The notes beneath the pieces are model-generated. The model searched no databases and was not told the origin of the DNA. It was given only the letters and a program-made list of their open reading frames with translations. From the NCBI GenBank assembly GCA_041483895.1, contig JBGPGO010000011.1, positions 1 through 64,000 on the forward strand: DNA of 64,000 nt. Reading direction: 5' to 3'. Shown piece after piece: positions 28,727 through 38,394 of the stretch; the first letter of the stretch is position 1; every line of letters begins with the position of its first letter. The position numbers and the translations under genes were made by a program. Source of the stretch: Fimbriimonadia bacterium (GTDB lineage Bacteria > Armatimonadota > Fimbriimonadia > Fimbriimonadales > JABRVX01).

Positions 28727-29185
28727 ATGGTTCGGAGGATTGTATCGGGCGGGCAGACGGGGGCGGACCGCGGCGGATTGGACGCGGCGATCGAGATGGG
28801 GATTCCGCATGGCGGTTGGTGCCCCAAGGGCCGGAAGGCAGAAGATGGCATGATCCCTTTGCACTATGATCTGGTAGAGACGGACTCCGGTGTGTCCGAG
28901 GTGCGGACGGAGAGGAATGTCATCGATTCCGACGGAACGGTTCTGTTCACCTTTGGCGAGCCGACGGGAGGCAGCGCGCTGACCGCCGACTTTGCGCACC
29001 AGTATGGCAGGCCGCTGCTTCATTTGGATTTGTCGGCTATGGCTTCGGGCGAGGCCGCCACTCGGCTCCGGGCCTGGCTGCACTTTGCTGACATTGAAGT
29101 GCTGAACGTGGCCGGATCGCGGGAGAGCAAGACGCCGGGGCTGGAGGACACAGTCAAGGTTATTATTACCCTTGCAATTGGGTAG
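28727..29185 (+). CDS. Putative molybdenum cofactor carrier family protein
   Basis: IVSGGQTGADRGGLD, GGWCPKGR, RTERNVIDSDGT, LNVAGSRES. Confidence 0.9.
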   Translation: MVRRIVSGGQTGADRGGLDAAIEMGIPHGGWCPKGRKAEDGMIPLHYDLVETDSGVSEVRTERNVIDSDGTVLFTFGEPTGGSALTADFAHQYGRPLLHLDLSAMASGEAATRLRAWLHFADIEVLNVAGSRESKTPGLEDTVKVIITLAIG

Positions 29186-29237
29186 CTGATCGGGACCGGC
29201 AAAGTGCTGGCGAAGGGCCAAATCGGCATCCCGGATG

Positions 29238-29265
29238 TTGACTTTCTTGGAAATAGCACTATAAT
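29238..29265 (+). promoter_or_regulatory. Sigma70-type promoter
   Basis: TTGACT-16 bp-TATAAT upstream of the prepilin-like gene. Confidence 0.6.
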
Positions 29266-29382
29266 GAGGTTGGAGCGGAAGGCTAAGAGCGGGATGCCTG
29301 CTACCGACGAGATGAGTCTCACCTATTATCGTGAGGCCTCTAATCGGGCAAGGGTCCGGAAAGCAACGAGTAGGACCGGGAG

Positions 29383-30039
29383 ATGAAAAAGGGATTCACA
29401 CTCATCGAACTGCTATGCGTCGTCGCCGTGATCGCGATCGTGGCGGCCATCATAAGTCCCATCATCGCCGCTTCGCGCATGCGAGGTCGGACGGCGACCG
29501 TCACAAGCAATATGAGGCAGATTGCCCAGGCCTTCGTGGTCTATATGGATGAGTACAATTTGCGAATCCCGCCTAAAGATGCGACACCGCTCATGGACTT
29601 TCGGGGGGTGCATCTTCTGGCGTATTACCCCCATGAGATGGCAAGCAGACAGTATATGGACGGTTTGCCGAGGTATCAGGCGCCGTTCCTCGGGGATTTC
29701 GTCTACGTCCGATACACCGGGGAGTGGATGAGCGACGATATCTATGGCGAACGCGCTAACCGCTACCACTCTGTTCCTCTCCTGGCTTCGCTCCATGACG
29801 CGGGGCTCCATTGTCTGCTTTTGCAAGAGCGATCCATCGATCCGTTCGGGAACGAGAGTTGGGATTCGAATGGTCGGTGCCCGGAAACCGGCGAATTGGT
29901 GCAGATGCCTGAACATGTCCTGGTAGCGAGGGCCGACACTTCCGTGAGTTTGCATCGACTGCAGACATTTGGAGTGAACAACGCCAAGATCCTGTTTGAC
30001 TACCACAGTTTCTTCGAATACGGTCCGATCACGCGATGA
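29383..30039 (+). CDS. Prepilin-type N-terminal cleavage/methylation domain protein
   Basis: MKKG|FTLIELLCVVAVIAIVAAII...SNMRQI. Confidence 0.92.
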   Translation: MKKGFTLIELLCVVAVIAIVAAIISPIIAASRMRGRTATVTSNMRQIAQAFVVYMDEYNLRIPPKDATPLMDFRGVHLLAYYPHEMASRQYMDGLPRYQAPFLGDFVYVRYTGEWMSDDIYGERANRYHSVPLLASLHDAGLHCLLLQERSIDPFGNESWDSNGRCPETGELVQMPEHVLVARADTSVSLHRLQTFGVNNAKILFDYHSFFEYGPITR

Positions 30040-30491
30040 GATCAGTCTCGACATCGAGCGGAGGATCACTGGTGGGCGCGCTTCAGGACATGCACCCCTT
30101 CTACCGCAACATCCTAATCGGCGGTGCCGCGGGGTTCATCGCGGGAGTTCTTGTCGCCGGCTTCTACTACGTTCTCGGTCAGTTCACAGGCGGAGTAATT
30201 TCGACGATAGTGACGACGATGCTGATCTCGATTGTGATCGTTGGCCCGGTATATCGCCGCTTTCGGAACCGAGGCATAGCCTGGTTGACTTTCGCAATGA
30301 TGCTCGTCGGAGTGACGTTCTTGATCGTCATCAGCGCAATCTCTGGCGGACCGCAAAAGGATGTTATGGATAACGTCGCCATGGTCAGCTTTTTCCCAGT
30401 CCTTACGCTGGTCTCCTCGCTTGTATATGCGCAACTGCATGGCCTCTATTCCCGACATGCCGGCGGCGATTCGAAGGCAGCTTCCCACTAG
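30036..30491 (+). CDS. Hypothetical membrane protein (about 4 TM)
   Basis: Hydrophobic segments; ATGA overlap with the upstream gene. Confidence 0.65.
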   Translation: MRSVSTSSGGSLVGALQDMHPFYRNILIGGAAGFIAGVLVAGFYYVLGQFTGGVISTIVTTMLISIVIVGPVYRRFRNRGIAWLTFAMMLVGVTFLIVISAISGGPQKDVMDNVAMVSFFPVLTLVSSLVYAQLHGLYSRHAGGDSKAASH

Positions 30492-30505
30492 ACAGCGCGA
30501 ACGAC

Positions 30506-30661
30506 TCATTGTTCGCGAAAGCGGCGCTCGAGATCGATGAACTGCTGCGCGCGCGTCTGCCGCCTCTGCCGCACATATTCCAGCACAGCGGTCGAGAATG
30601 TGAACATCGCGATGATCGAGGCGGCTACGATCGCGATGGTTTATATGGCTTCTCGTTCCAC
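30506..30661 (-). pseudogene. Gene remnant (TM helix plus amphipathic segment) with an internal stop
   Basis: GTG-EREAI*TIAIVAASIIAMFTFSTAVLEYVRQRRQTRAQQFIDLERRFREQ*. Confidence 0.45.
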
Positions 30662-30665
30662 GCGG

Positions 30666-32045
30666 CTATGGTACCGCCATCACCGCCGACGCCACCGCAA
30701 GGGCCACACGCTTGTCGAACACGCTGGGGACAATGCAATCGTCTGTCAATTCATCGTCGCTCAAGATGCCCGCAATCGCCCTCGCCGCCGCCAGCTTCAT
30801 TTCGTTCGTCACTCGCTTGGTGCCGCTGTCCAACAGTCCGCGGAACAGACCAGGGAAGCAGAGAACGTTGTTAATCTGGTTGGGATAATCCGACCGGCCC
30901 GTCGCGACGATTCGAGCGTGGCGCTCGGCTATCTCCGGCGCGACTTCGGGGATGGGATTGGCCATCGCGAATACCATCGCGTCCGGCCGCATGGAAGCGA
31001 TCGCCTCTTCGCCGACGATGTTGGGGGCCGAGACCCCGATGAACACGTCCGCGCCCTTCATCGCATCATCCAGCGAACCGCGTATGCGGCGCGGATTGGT
31101 TTCCTCCGCCAGTTTCAGCCGCTTCGGATGCGCATTCCGCTCGTCGTCCGGATGCAAGATGCCATTCCGCCCGATCACCACGATGTCGGTCGCCCCAGCA
31201 TAGAGAAGCAGCTCGGCGATGGCCGTCCCCGCCGCCCCTGCTCCGGCGATCACGATCCTCAGGTCGCTCAAATCTCGTTTGACGATCTTCAGCGCATTGG
31301 TAATGGCGGCCAGAAGCACAATAGCGGTCCCATGCTGATCGTCATGGAAGACCGGAATATCGAGCCGTTCCGCCAGCCGTTCCTCCACATCAAAACAGCG
31401 CGGCGCGGAGATATCCTCCAAATTGATTCCGCCGAAACCGGGCGACAGCCGCGCCACGGTCTCCACAATTTCGTCCACGTTTTTGGTGTCCAAGCAGATG
31501 GGATAGGCGTCGACGTTCCCAAACTCCTTGAACAGGATCGCCTTCCCCTCCATCACCGGCATGGCCGCGAGCGGCCCGATGTCGCCCAGCCCAAGCACCG
31601 CAGTCCCATCGGTTACGACAGCGACCGAGTTGCCCTTGATCGTCAGTCGACGGGCGCTTTCGGGGTTTTCGTAAATTCGCTTACAAATGCGCGCAACGCC
31701 AGGGGTGTAGAGCATCGATAGGTCGTCGTGATTGACCAGTGGGTGCTTCGAACGGATCTCCAACTTTCCGCCGATGTGCGCGTCGGTGGTGCGATCGCTG
31801 ACCTGCAGCACATCAATATCCGTCAGCGCCTCGACCGCCTTCACCACAGCCGCCTCGTGGTCCTCGTTGGCAGCAAAAACCACGATGTCCCGCACTTTGT
31901 GGGTCCGCGCGCTGGAGACCAGGTTGATAGCTCCGAGGTTGCCACCGGCATTGCCAATGGCCTCCGCGACTAAAGCAAATTTCCCGGGTTCGTTCGGCAA
32001 CTTGACCCGAAGGGTCACGCTATAGGAGGGTGATGTGATTGCCAT
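30666..32045 (-). CDS. NAD(P)-dependent malic enzyme with N-terminal ACT domain
   Basis: [51 protein letters not shown]. Confidence 0.95.
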   Translation of the reverse strand: MAITSPSYSVTLRVKLPNEPGKFALVAEAIGNAGGNLGAINLVSSARTHKVRDIVVFAANEDHEAAVVKAVEALTDIDVLQVSDRTTDAHIGGKLEIRSKHPLVNHDDLSMLYTPGVARICKRIYENPESARRLTIKGNSVAVVTDGTAVLGLGDIGPLAAMPVMEGKAILFKEFGNVDAYPICLDTKNVDEIVETVARLSPGFGGINLEDISAPRCFDVEERLAERLDIPVFHDDQHGTAIVLLAAITNALKIVKRDLSDLRIVIAGAGAAGTAIAELLLYAGATDIVVIGRNGILHPDDERNAHPKRLKLAEETNPRRIRGSLDDAMKGADVFIGVSAPNIVGEEAIASMRPDAMVFAMANPIPEVAPEIAERHARIVATGRSDYPNQINNVLCFPGLFRGLLDSGTKRVTNEMKLAAARAIAGILSDDELTDDCIVPSVFDKRVALAVASAVMAVP

Positions 32046-32153
32046 GCCCCTAGTGTATCCGTTGCTGTGCGGCAAGTTATGCCATTGATACGAATGACAT
32101 CATGGGTTGCCTGTCAATGGTAGGAGTTTTGACTGACTTGGTGAGTTCTTAGC

Positions 32154-32332
32154 GATGTGTTGGGGTTCACTGCCGCCGGCATCCCCCGGGCTTAGATGTG
32201 TTGGGGTTCACTACCGCCGATATCCCCGGCCCGCCACCAACCTAGACCCCAACACGGCCTAAGGTGTTTGATGTGTTGGGGTTCACTTCCACCGATACCG
32301 ATGGCCTGCCACTATCCTAGACCCCTACACGC
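32154..32332. repeat. Cluster of ~60-bp palindromic elements (2 full, 1 partial)
   Basis: GATGTGTTGGGGTTCACT occurs 3 times; full units end CCTAGACCCC(A/T)ACAC, giving terminal inverted repeats. Confidence 0.85.
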
Positions 32333-32333
32333 A

Positions 32334-33893
32334 TCAAGCCAGCACCTTCGTCACAACCTCCCCCTCCACATCCGTCAGCCGGAAGTTGCGGCCCTGGAAC
32401 TTGTAGGTCAGCCGCGTGTGGTCCAGGCCCAGGCAGTGCAGAATGGTCGCCTGCAGGTCGTGCACGTGGATCGGATCGTCCACGGAGGTGAGGCCAAGGT
32501 CGTCCGTCGCGCCGATAACCGCCCCGCGCTTGATACCCCCGCCCGCCATCCAAATCGTAAACGCCGTCCGCAGATGGTCGCGCCCCGCGTCCTCCTTCGT
32601 CACCGCCGACTGCGCCATCGGTTGCCGACCAAACTCTGACCCCCAAATCACAAGCGTCTCGTCCAGCATCCCGCGCTGCTTCAAATCTTTGATCAGCGCC
32701 GCCGCGCCCTGGTCCGTCTCCTTGCAGCGTTGCGGCAGGCCGGTGATCAGGTTCTGGTCGCCGCCGCCATGATGGTCCCATCCGCCATGGTCCAGCTGCA
32801 CAAACCGCACGCCCCGCTCGATCAGTCGCCGCGCCAGCAGGCAGTTGTTGCCGAACGAGGTCTTCCCCGGCTCCGTCCCGTATAGCTCGTGCATCGCGGG
32901 CGGCTCCTTGGCGATGTCCATCAGCTCCGGCACGCTGGTCTGCATTTTGAAGGCCATCTCGAACGATTCGATGCGTGTGGCGATCTCGGGGTCGCCGACG
33001 TCGGTCAACTCGCCCTGGTTCAATTCTTTAAGAGTGTCTAGCTGCTTGCGGCGAACATCGGCCGAGACGCCGGATGGGTTGGCGAGATACAGCACCGGAT
33101 CGCCCGCCGAGCGGAACGGCACGCCCTGATACACGCTGGGCAAAAACCCGCTGCCCCAACAGATGGTGCCGCATCGCCCGGACTTGCCGCTGGTCAGCAC
33201 CACAAAACCGGGCAGGTCCGCGCACTCGCTGCCCAGGCCGTAGGTGACCCACGAGCCCATGGTCGGCCGGCCCATGCGCGGCGAGCCGGTGGAGAGCAGC
33301 AGTTGCGCGGGCACATGGTTTATCTCGTTGGTGTGCATCGAGCGGACGAAGGTGATGTCATCAATTATCGAGGGCAGGTGTCGCATCAGCTCGCCGATGT
33401 ACATGCCGTTTTGGCCGTATTGCCCGAACTTCCAGGGCGATTGGAACACCTTCATGGTGTCCTTGTTGGTGAACGGCCCCAGCCTTAATCCTTTCACCGC
33501 TTCTTCCGGGATGTTCTGCCCGTTGTACTTGGCCAGGGCGGGCTTGTAGTCGAACAGGTCCACCTGGCTGGGCGCGCCGGTCATGTTGAGGAAGATGACG
33601 GCCTTGGCGGTGGCCGGAAAATGCCCCTTCTTCGGCGCCAGCGGGTCGGTCCGCACCCGCCCATCCCCACGCCCACTTCCATCCCCTCGCCCGATCCGCC
33701 CTTCATCCCCCGTATAGGTCTTATATGTCCTATCCGTCCTATAGGTCCCTGAGGTCGCTTCCGTCCCTGCCGTCCCCGCCGCCAACACCCTCTCATCCAA
33801 CAGGAAGGCAAGGGCAATCCCCCCAATCGCCGCCGCCCCGGTCTTTTGGAGAAAATGCCTACGGGTTATAAGTTTGATATCGTCGTTTTGCAT
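32334..33893 (-). CDS. DUF1501 family protein (Tat signal)
   Basis: TRRHFL, GAPSQVDLFDYKP, GWDHH, EFGRQP, GRDH, QGRNFRLTDV. Confidence 0.93.
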   Translation of the reverse strand: MQNDDIKLITRRHFLQKTGAAAIGGIALAFLLDERVLAAGTAGTEATSGTYRTDRTYKTYTGDEGRIGRGDGSGRGDGRVRTDPLAPKKGHFPATAKAVIFLNMTGAPSQVDLFDYKPALAKYNGQNIPEEAVKGLRLGPFTNKDTMKVFQSPWKFGQYGQNGMYIGELMRHLPSIIDDITFVRSMHTNEINHVPAQLLLSTGSPRMGRPTMGSWVTYGLGSECADLPGFVVLTSGKSGRCGTICWGSGFLPSVYQGVPFRSAGDPVLYLANPSGVSADVRRKQLDTLKELNQGELTDVGDPEIATRIESFEMAFKMQTSVPELMDIAKEPPAMHELYGTEPGKTSFGNNCLLARRLIERGVRFVQLDHGGWDHHGGGDQNLITGLPQRCKETDQGAAALIKDLKQRGMLDETLVIWGSEFGRQPMAQSAVTKEDAGRDHLRTAFTIWMAGGGIKRGAVIGATDDLGLTSVDDPIHVHDLQATILHCLGLDHTRLTYKFQGRNFRLTDVEGEVVTKVLA

Positions 33894-34074
33894 TCTTGCT
33901 ATTTCAGTCCTTAACTGATATTACCGCGAGAATATGGCACCATGTAACCCCGCATTACAACGCTCATTCTAACAAGGGTCGCCGCCAACGGTTCAGGACC
34001 AGATTCTATGGGGCGGAGCGATTGGGCAAAGATTCACCCAGTTTCGATCCTACAGTTGATGATCACCGACCAGG

Positions 34075-37000
34075 TTATAGCGCCATCTCTACGGCCCCTT
34101 TTAGCTCTCGCAAGACCTCCGCCAATTCCTCGCCTAGCTCTCCTGACGACAAGGCTTCAATTTTCTGCTTGAAGGCTCGCTTATGCGCATCTGGCAATTC
34201 AATGAATGCATCGGCGGAGTGGTGAAGGGCGTTCGCAAGCCATTTCAGCGCTTTGACGTCTTTTCGCTCAAGCAGTTTTTCAAAATTGTCTCGGAGATGC
34301 TTGGAGAACTCTTGCTCAAGCACGCGGGCGCTGACAATTTCGGCACCAAATTCGTCCAATATCGGACCTGGAGTCTCCGACTCCCAGATCAAATCTAACA
34401 TTGAAGAGAGAAGGGACATCCTATGATCCTCTGAGATGGTGGGAAGGAGTGAACGAAGTCCAGGTGGTTGTTTCGGTGGCTTTGGACCGAGCAATCGCTT
34501 CTTAGCGTAGCCCTTGATCGCATCCGAGAGAGGGAAGGAAACTGTGATAGGCCTTTCCGTTTCAGCTCGGTGCAACAAAATGTCGATAGTCATCTCCGAA
34601 TGCTCCAAAGCGTGCAACCAGTCCTGTTCCCCCATCGCGCGGAGCCCCTTAGTAAGAAACGACGTGAATTGCTCATCCTCTGGATCGTCAATCTCGCAGT
34701 ACAGTCGGGCCCTTTCTCCTTTGAATGGTTCGGATGCAGTTATGTGTCTGAGTTCGGTTCGACCGCCTGAACCCACGATTGTAGCGAATTTTTCGTCTGA
34801 GTAGTTTTGCTGAAAGACATCTAGAATCGGGAGAATGTTGTCGCGGAAGAGCCTCGGGCTTGTCTTCTCATCTCTGACCAACTCATACAAAATACTAGCA
34901 ATTGCAGGCCGGAAACGTTCGACCCGACCCCCAATCTCTATAAACTTGTCGATAAGGTCGTGGTCCGCAACCACCATTGCAATGGCGCGGGCGAAGTCAC
35001 TTGATCCCGTGGGCTCAAACAAGAACGTATTGAATGCATTCCAGCCCGAAGTCGCGTCCTCTGACGGCAGTTCTGGTTCTTGACTATCCTGCAGGATAAT
35101 GAAATGTGCCACCGCTGATTCTGCGGCGGCTGACATTCCTTCTGGTTCTTCCATCAAACGTAGTTGGCATGCCAACACTCCTCTTGTGACGAGCCCAGAG
35201 AGTATGGATGTGGCTTGATCATCGATGGGTGAGAGGGCGGTTGGACGCCATAACCGGAGCAAGGAACAGATCGCCGCTTCTGCCTCAACTGCCGTTAGCT
35301 CTGCTTGCAAATTCAGTCGGTTTTCCAGCTTAGTTGCAATCGGCTCGGTGGGCCACGTCTTCTCATATCGGACAATGGTCTTTAGGGCTGCCGCATACTT
35401 ACGGTCCAGCAACCCGTTCTCAATAATGCTCTCGAGTTCGCCGACCACTTGCGGCAGATGTTGTCCAGGATCAAACAGGGGGAGCCAATTATTACTTTCA
35501 TTGGCGAGCTCGGTGTAAATTTCAAGGAGGAACCATTCTTTGTCGGCAAGGAGATTGGGTACGGAGATAGATGGATGGTATTCGAGAACGATTTGTATCA
35601 AGCCCTTAACTATCAGGAACCAACCTAAAGCCCTTGTCCGCCTTGAAATACCGTCGGCTGCGTCGATTGTTGCGGCACCGTTCAGAACGGAAACCAGTAC
35701 GTTGGCGTGGAAAGTTTGCTCAGTCCGGGCCTGGAGAATCGCAGCCAGGCCGTCCCGAGATGCCGGGTCGAGATCATTCATGCTCTCCAGTGTAGTAAAC
35801 CGATATGCGATGTCCCGTAACATTGATTCACGGTACCTAGTCTCAAGGCGCTGAAGATTCGCTATCGCTCCGGCCGCCTTCATTCTGCTGCTCAGGGCGC
35901 CCTCTTCCAACAATTGATGGAGATGTGACTCCAATTCGATCGCAAACCACTCTGCCTCCACTTCATCGTCAATTAGGCCATCGAAAGAGCCCGCATCGAA
36001 TCCGGTGCCAATCTTCGGACCCACCAACACTTGCAGGGCCTTATCGGCGTCAACTCCATATTTCATGGCCGCAAGCATTTTGCAGGTATCCAGGGTGCGG
36101 AGCTCTGCTGGCAGTTGCAACCAGACTGCAGCAGACGTGTCTGAGGCCATCTTCACAATGTCCCAACTCGAGTCTAAAATGGCAGCATACGCTGCTTGGA
36201 CACCCAGGGGGAACTGGTGCTGCCATTGGCGGTGAAGAGATCCCAGCTTGTTAACGAAAACTTTGACATCTCGTGGAGTGACCGTGCCCTTCTTCGCATT
36301 TTGAGAGCGATGAATTCTGAAGACGATGTCAAAGTCCTCTTCGGGATGATCTGGCATCGCTTTCCGAAGCTGTGCCATAAGATATTCGCGCCAGTTCGAA
36401 AGTACAAGAGGGGGCACGCGAAATTCGACTTGAAACGTCTTATCCCGAAACGCTTGGCCAATCGGAGCAGGCTGTCCTTCGTTATTAGACCACAAACCGC
36501 CTAAGGCGGTGGGATCAAATGGCACGACTAACCATGTCTTCTGCTTCCAATTTGATTCCTCCGTCACTTGGAAATCGAAAAAGGTCTGCAAAGTCGACCA
36601 AATTGCCAGCGCGTCGTCCCGATCCGTTCGATCTAAATTGTCAATGACGATAACAAGCTTCTTTGCCGAATTGCCATTCAAAATCATCAGTTCTTGGAAA
36701 TGGCGCTGAAACTCCAAGGACGAAGGCTCTGGACCCTCCAACTGCGTTGACTCATCGATCTTTCGGTGCAAATTGACCATGCTTCCAACAGCATTGACCA
36801 GAACGCTCTTCATCTCCTGGGCATAAGAACGCTTAAAGATGGCTGCACCAAGTACCGCTAGCAACAGAAGAAAGAAGACGATTAATTGGGCGACGTTGAA
36901 GTAGAGCCAACTCGGAGACAGCGGCAGAGCCTTCTTGAGGAGTTCCACGGCAACTGGTAACCCGAGTATCACGAAAGGTATCACAATGCAGCCAGCCGTT

Positions 37001-37425
37001 GTCAACATCGGGGAGGAATCGGTTACAATTTCCTTTTTCCTCCCTGAGATTTCCCTCCTCCGTTCTTCTGCGGCCTCTTCCGTAATGACTTCTTTCCGTT
37101 TCAGAAAGTTAATTAATTCTTCCAAGAATGCGCGCCTTAGCGGATCGCCCCTATGCGACCACGCGTCGAAAATGAAAAGTTCTCCATCCTCTTCAATCGC
37201 ATTCCCTAGCATTTTGACAACGGAGGACTTCCCTCCACCCCATGCGCCTGTCAGGGCGACACGGCGTCCGCCAGACTCGACTTGAATCATCTCGCATATG
37301 GCTTCGGCAACCGCGCGGTGGGTCTGAAAATCATCTGAGCCAGTAGGTTCGTCGCTTAGCAGGCGCGTTGAGCACCTAGTACGGCTCGCTAACGCAGTTT
37401 TCTTGGAGTCGGATTCCGTAGTCAT
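34075..37425 (-). CDS. KAP family P-loop NTPase
   Basis: Walker A GAWGGGKS, FDAW, two TM helices, Walker B VIVIDNLDR, DKTFQ, TPRDVK; more AT-rich than its flanks. Confidence 0.9.
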   Translation of the reverse strand: MTTESDSKKTALASRTRCSTRLLSDEPTGSDDFQTHRAVAEAICEMIQVESGGRRVALTGAWGGGKSSVVKMLGNAIEEDGELFIFDAWSHRGDPLRRAFLEELINFLKRKEVITEEAAEERRREISGRKKEIVTDSSPMLTTAGCIVIPFVILGLPVAVELLKKALPLSPSWLYFNVAQLIVFFLLLLAVLGAAIFKRSYAQEMKSVLVNAVGSMVNLHRKIDESTQLEGPEPSSLEFQRHFQELMILNGNSAKKLVIVIDNLDRTDRDDALAIWSTLQTFFDFQVTEESNWKQKTWLVVPFDPTALGGLWSNNEGQPAPIGQAFRDKTFQVEFRVPPLVLSNWREYLMAQLRKAMPDHPEEDFDIVFRIHRSQNAKKGTVTPRDVKVFVNKLGSLHRQWQHQFPLGVQAAYAAILDSSWDIVKMASDTSAAVWLQLPAELRTLDTCKMLAAMKYGVDADKALQVLVGPKIGTGFDAGSFDGLIDDEVEAEWFAIELESHLHQLLEEGALSSRMKAAGAIANLQRLETRYRESMLRDIAYRFTTLESMNDLDPASRDGLAAILQARTEQTFHANVLVSVLNGAATIDAADGISRRTRALGWFLIVKGLIQIVLEYHPSISVPNLLADKEWFLLEIYTELANESNNWLPLFDPGQHLPQVVGELESIIENGLLDRKYAAALKTIVRYEKTWPTEPIATKLENRLNLQAELTAVEAEAAICSLLRLWRPTALSPIDDQATSILSGLVTRGVLACQLRLMEEPEGMSAAAESAVAHFIILQDSQEPELPSEDATSGWNAFNTFLFEPTGSSDFARAIAMVVADHDLIDKFIEIGGRVERFRPAIASILYELVRDEKTSPRLFRDNILPILDVFQQNYSDEKFATIVGSGGRTELRHITASEPFKGERARLYCEIDDPEDEQFTSFLTKGLRAMGEQDWLHALEHSEMTIDILLHRAETERPITVSFPLSDAIKGYAKKRLLGPKPPKQPPGLRSLLPTISEDHRMSLLSSMLDLIWESETPGPILDEFGAEIVSARVLEQEFSKHLRDNFEKLLERKDVKALKWLANALHHSADAFIELPDAHKRAFKQKIEALSSGELGEELAEVLRELKGAVEMAL

Positions 37426-37709
37426 ATAGTGACCTTGATTCGACGATTGCACAACGTGCTCCCTGCTACCTCGCAATCGAAATTCGTGTGTCGCATCGCT
37501 AATTCCTGCACTCAGATGCGCTAGCGGGTCTCCGATGTGCTGGGGTGTCCGCACCGTGCACTGACATTCCCCTGTCTCCCGCCCGGAACTCACTCCGCCC
37601 AAGCCGTGCATCCGGGGTCTGAGAACACGAGGCCCAGGAGGTCCGGGCATTGCGCGGCGCGCATGCCCTTCCCGCCCGGGACCTGAGTGGGGCAAAGGTC
37701 CTATACCAG

Positions 37710-37739
37710 TAGACAAACTATACCAACAGGTGTTATAAT
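37710..37739 (+). promoter_or_regulatory. Sigma70-type promoter with overlapping repeats
   Basis: TAGACA-18 bp-TATAAT with extended -10 TG; CTATACCA direct repeats at 37701 and 37718. Confidence 0.55.
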
Positions 37740-37941
37740 GTCTGGTAATGCTATAGCAGGCACTAAGCCGAGAGAAAACAGTCCACTGGTGGCTGGTCCT
37801 ACACTACGGCGTGGCAGCTGAACCGCGGCCGTACGTTAGGTTCATAAAATGGCGCCGTCTGCGCCCAGGTCAAGACTAACCTGGCCCCAGACGAAGACCT
37901 GTACTAAGCGATGCCGAAAAAGCTCGCCCCGACCGAAGGCG

Positions 37942-38085
37942 ATGGCTAAACGCGAAGCCCAAGCCGAGGCCGAAGGACAGGTATGGAGGTACACCGTCAC
38001 GGGTTGGCCGAAAGCCAAGCCGGGGCTCGCCCTGCGCGCAGCCGAACGCGCCAACCCGGCGGTTACCGCCAAACAATTGAATTAA
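37942..38085 (+). CDS. Possible small protein (47 aa)
   Basis: GAAGG upstream of ATG; downstream of the promoter at 37710. Confidence 0.3.
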   Translation: MAKREAQAEAEGQVWRYTVTGWPKAKPGLALRAAERANPAVTAKQLN

Positions 38086-38149
38086 CAGCGGTCCGTGCAA
38101 CCCGGGGCGAATTTTCACCGCCGGCGGGGGTCCTCCCGGTTGCCTGATG

Positions 38150-38238
38150 CTTCCCCTCCCCCTTTTTCGGCCTGTCGCAGCACCTTTCCGATGGCCAGGA
38201 CCTAAACCGAAAAAGGGGGAGGATCAAGGTGGGGGTTC
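38150..38238. repeat. CCCTCCCC/GGGGAGGG palindromic element
   Basis: CCTCCCCCTTTTTCGG...CCGAAAAAGGGGGAGG-ATCAAGGTGGGGGTTC. Confidence 0.85.
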
Positions 38239-38322
38239 GTCCGCAGAAAAAGAAAAATGAATCATTCCGGAATCGAACGTTGCGGACGATGGCGACTTAG
38301 GTTCGATAGGAAACCGGCTGAA

Positions 38323-38392
38323 CGATGAAGAACCCCCACCCAACCCTCCCCCTTTTCCAGGCTGACGCCTGAAAAAATGGGAGGGCTTTCCG
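38323..38392. repeat. CCCTCCCC/GGGGAGGG palindromic element
   Basis: GAAGAACCCCCACCCAACCCTCCCC...CAGGCTGACGCCTG...GGGAGGG. Confidence 0.88.
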
Positions 38393-38394
38393 GA

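Noticed and set aside
30537..31721. Long antisense ORFs (also 11296-12396, 42776-43825, 56384-57748, 60409-61443)
   Set aside because: These are shadow ORFs opposite well-supported genes, which is expected in high-GC DNA, and they show no motifs.
32154..32332. Possible mini CRISPR array
   Set aside because: Spacing is irregular (about 41 and 75 bp), the intervening sequences resemble each other, the units are palindromic elements, and there are no cas genes.
37426..37716. N-terminal extension of the KAP NTPase ORF
   Set aside because: It is a low-complexity GC-rich translation that crosses promoter and repeat DNA. KAP homology begins shortly after MTTES (37425).
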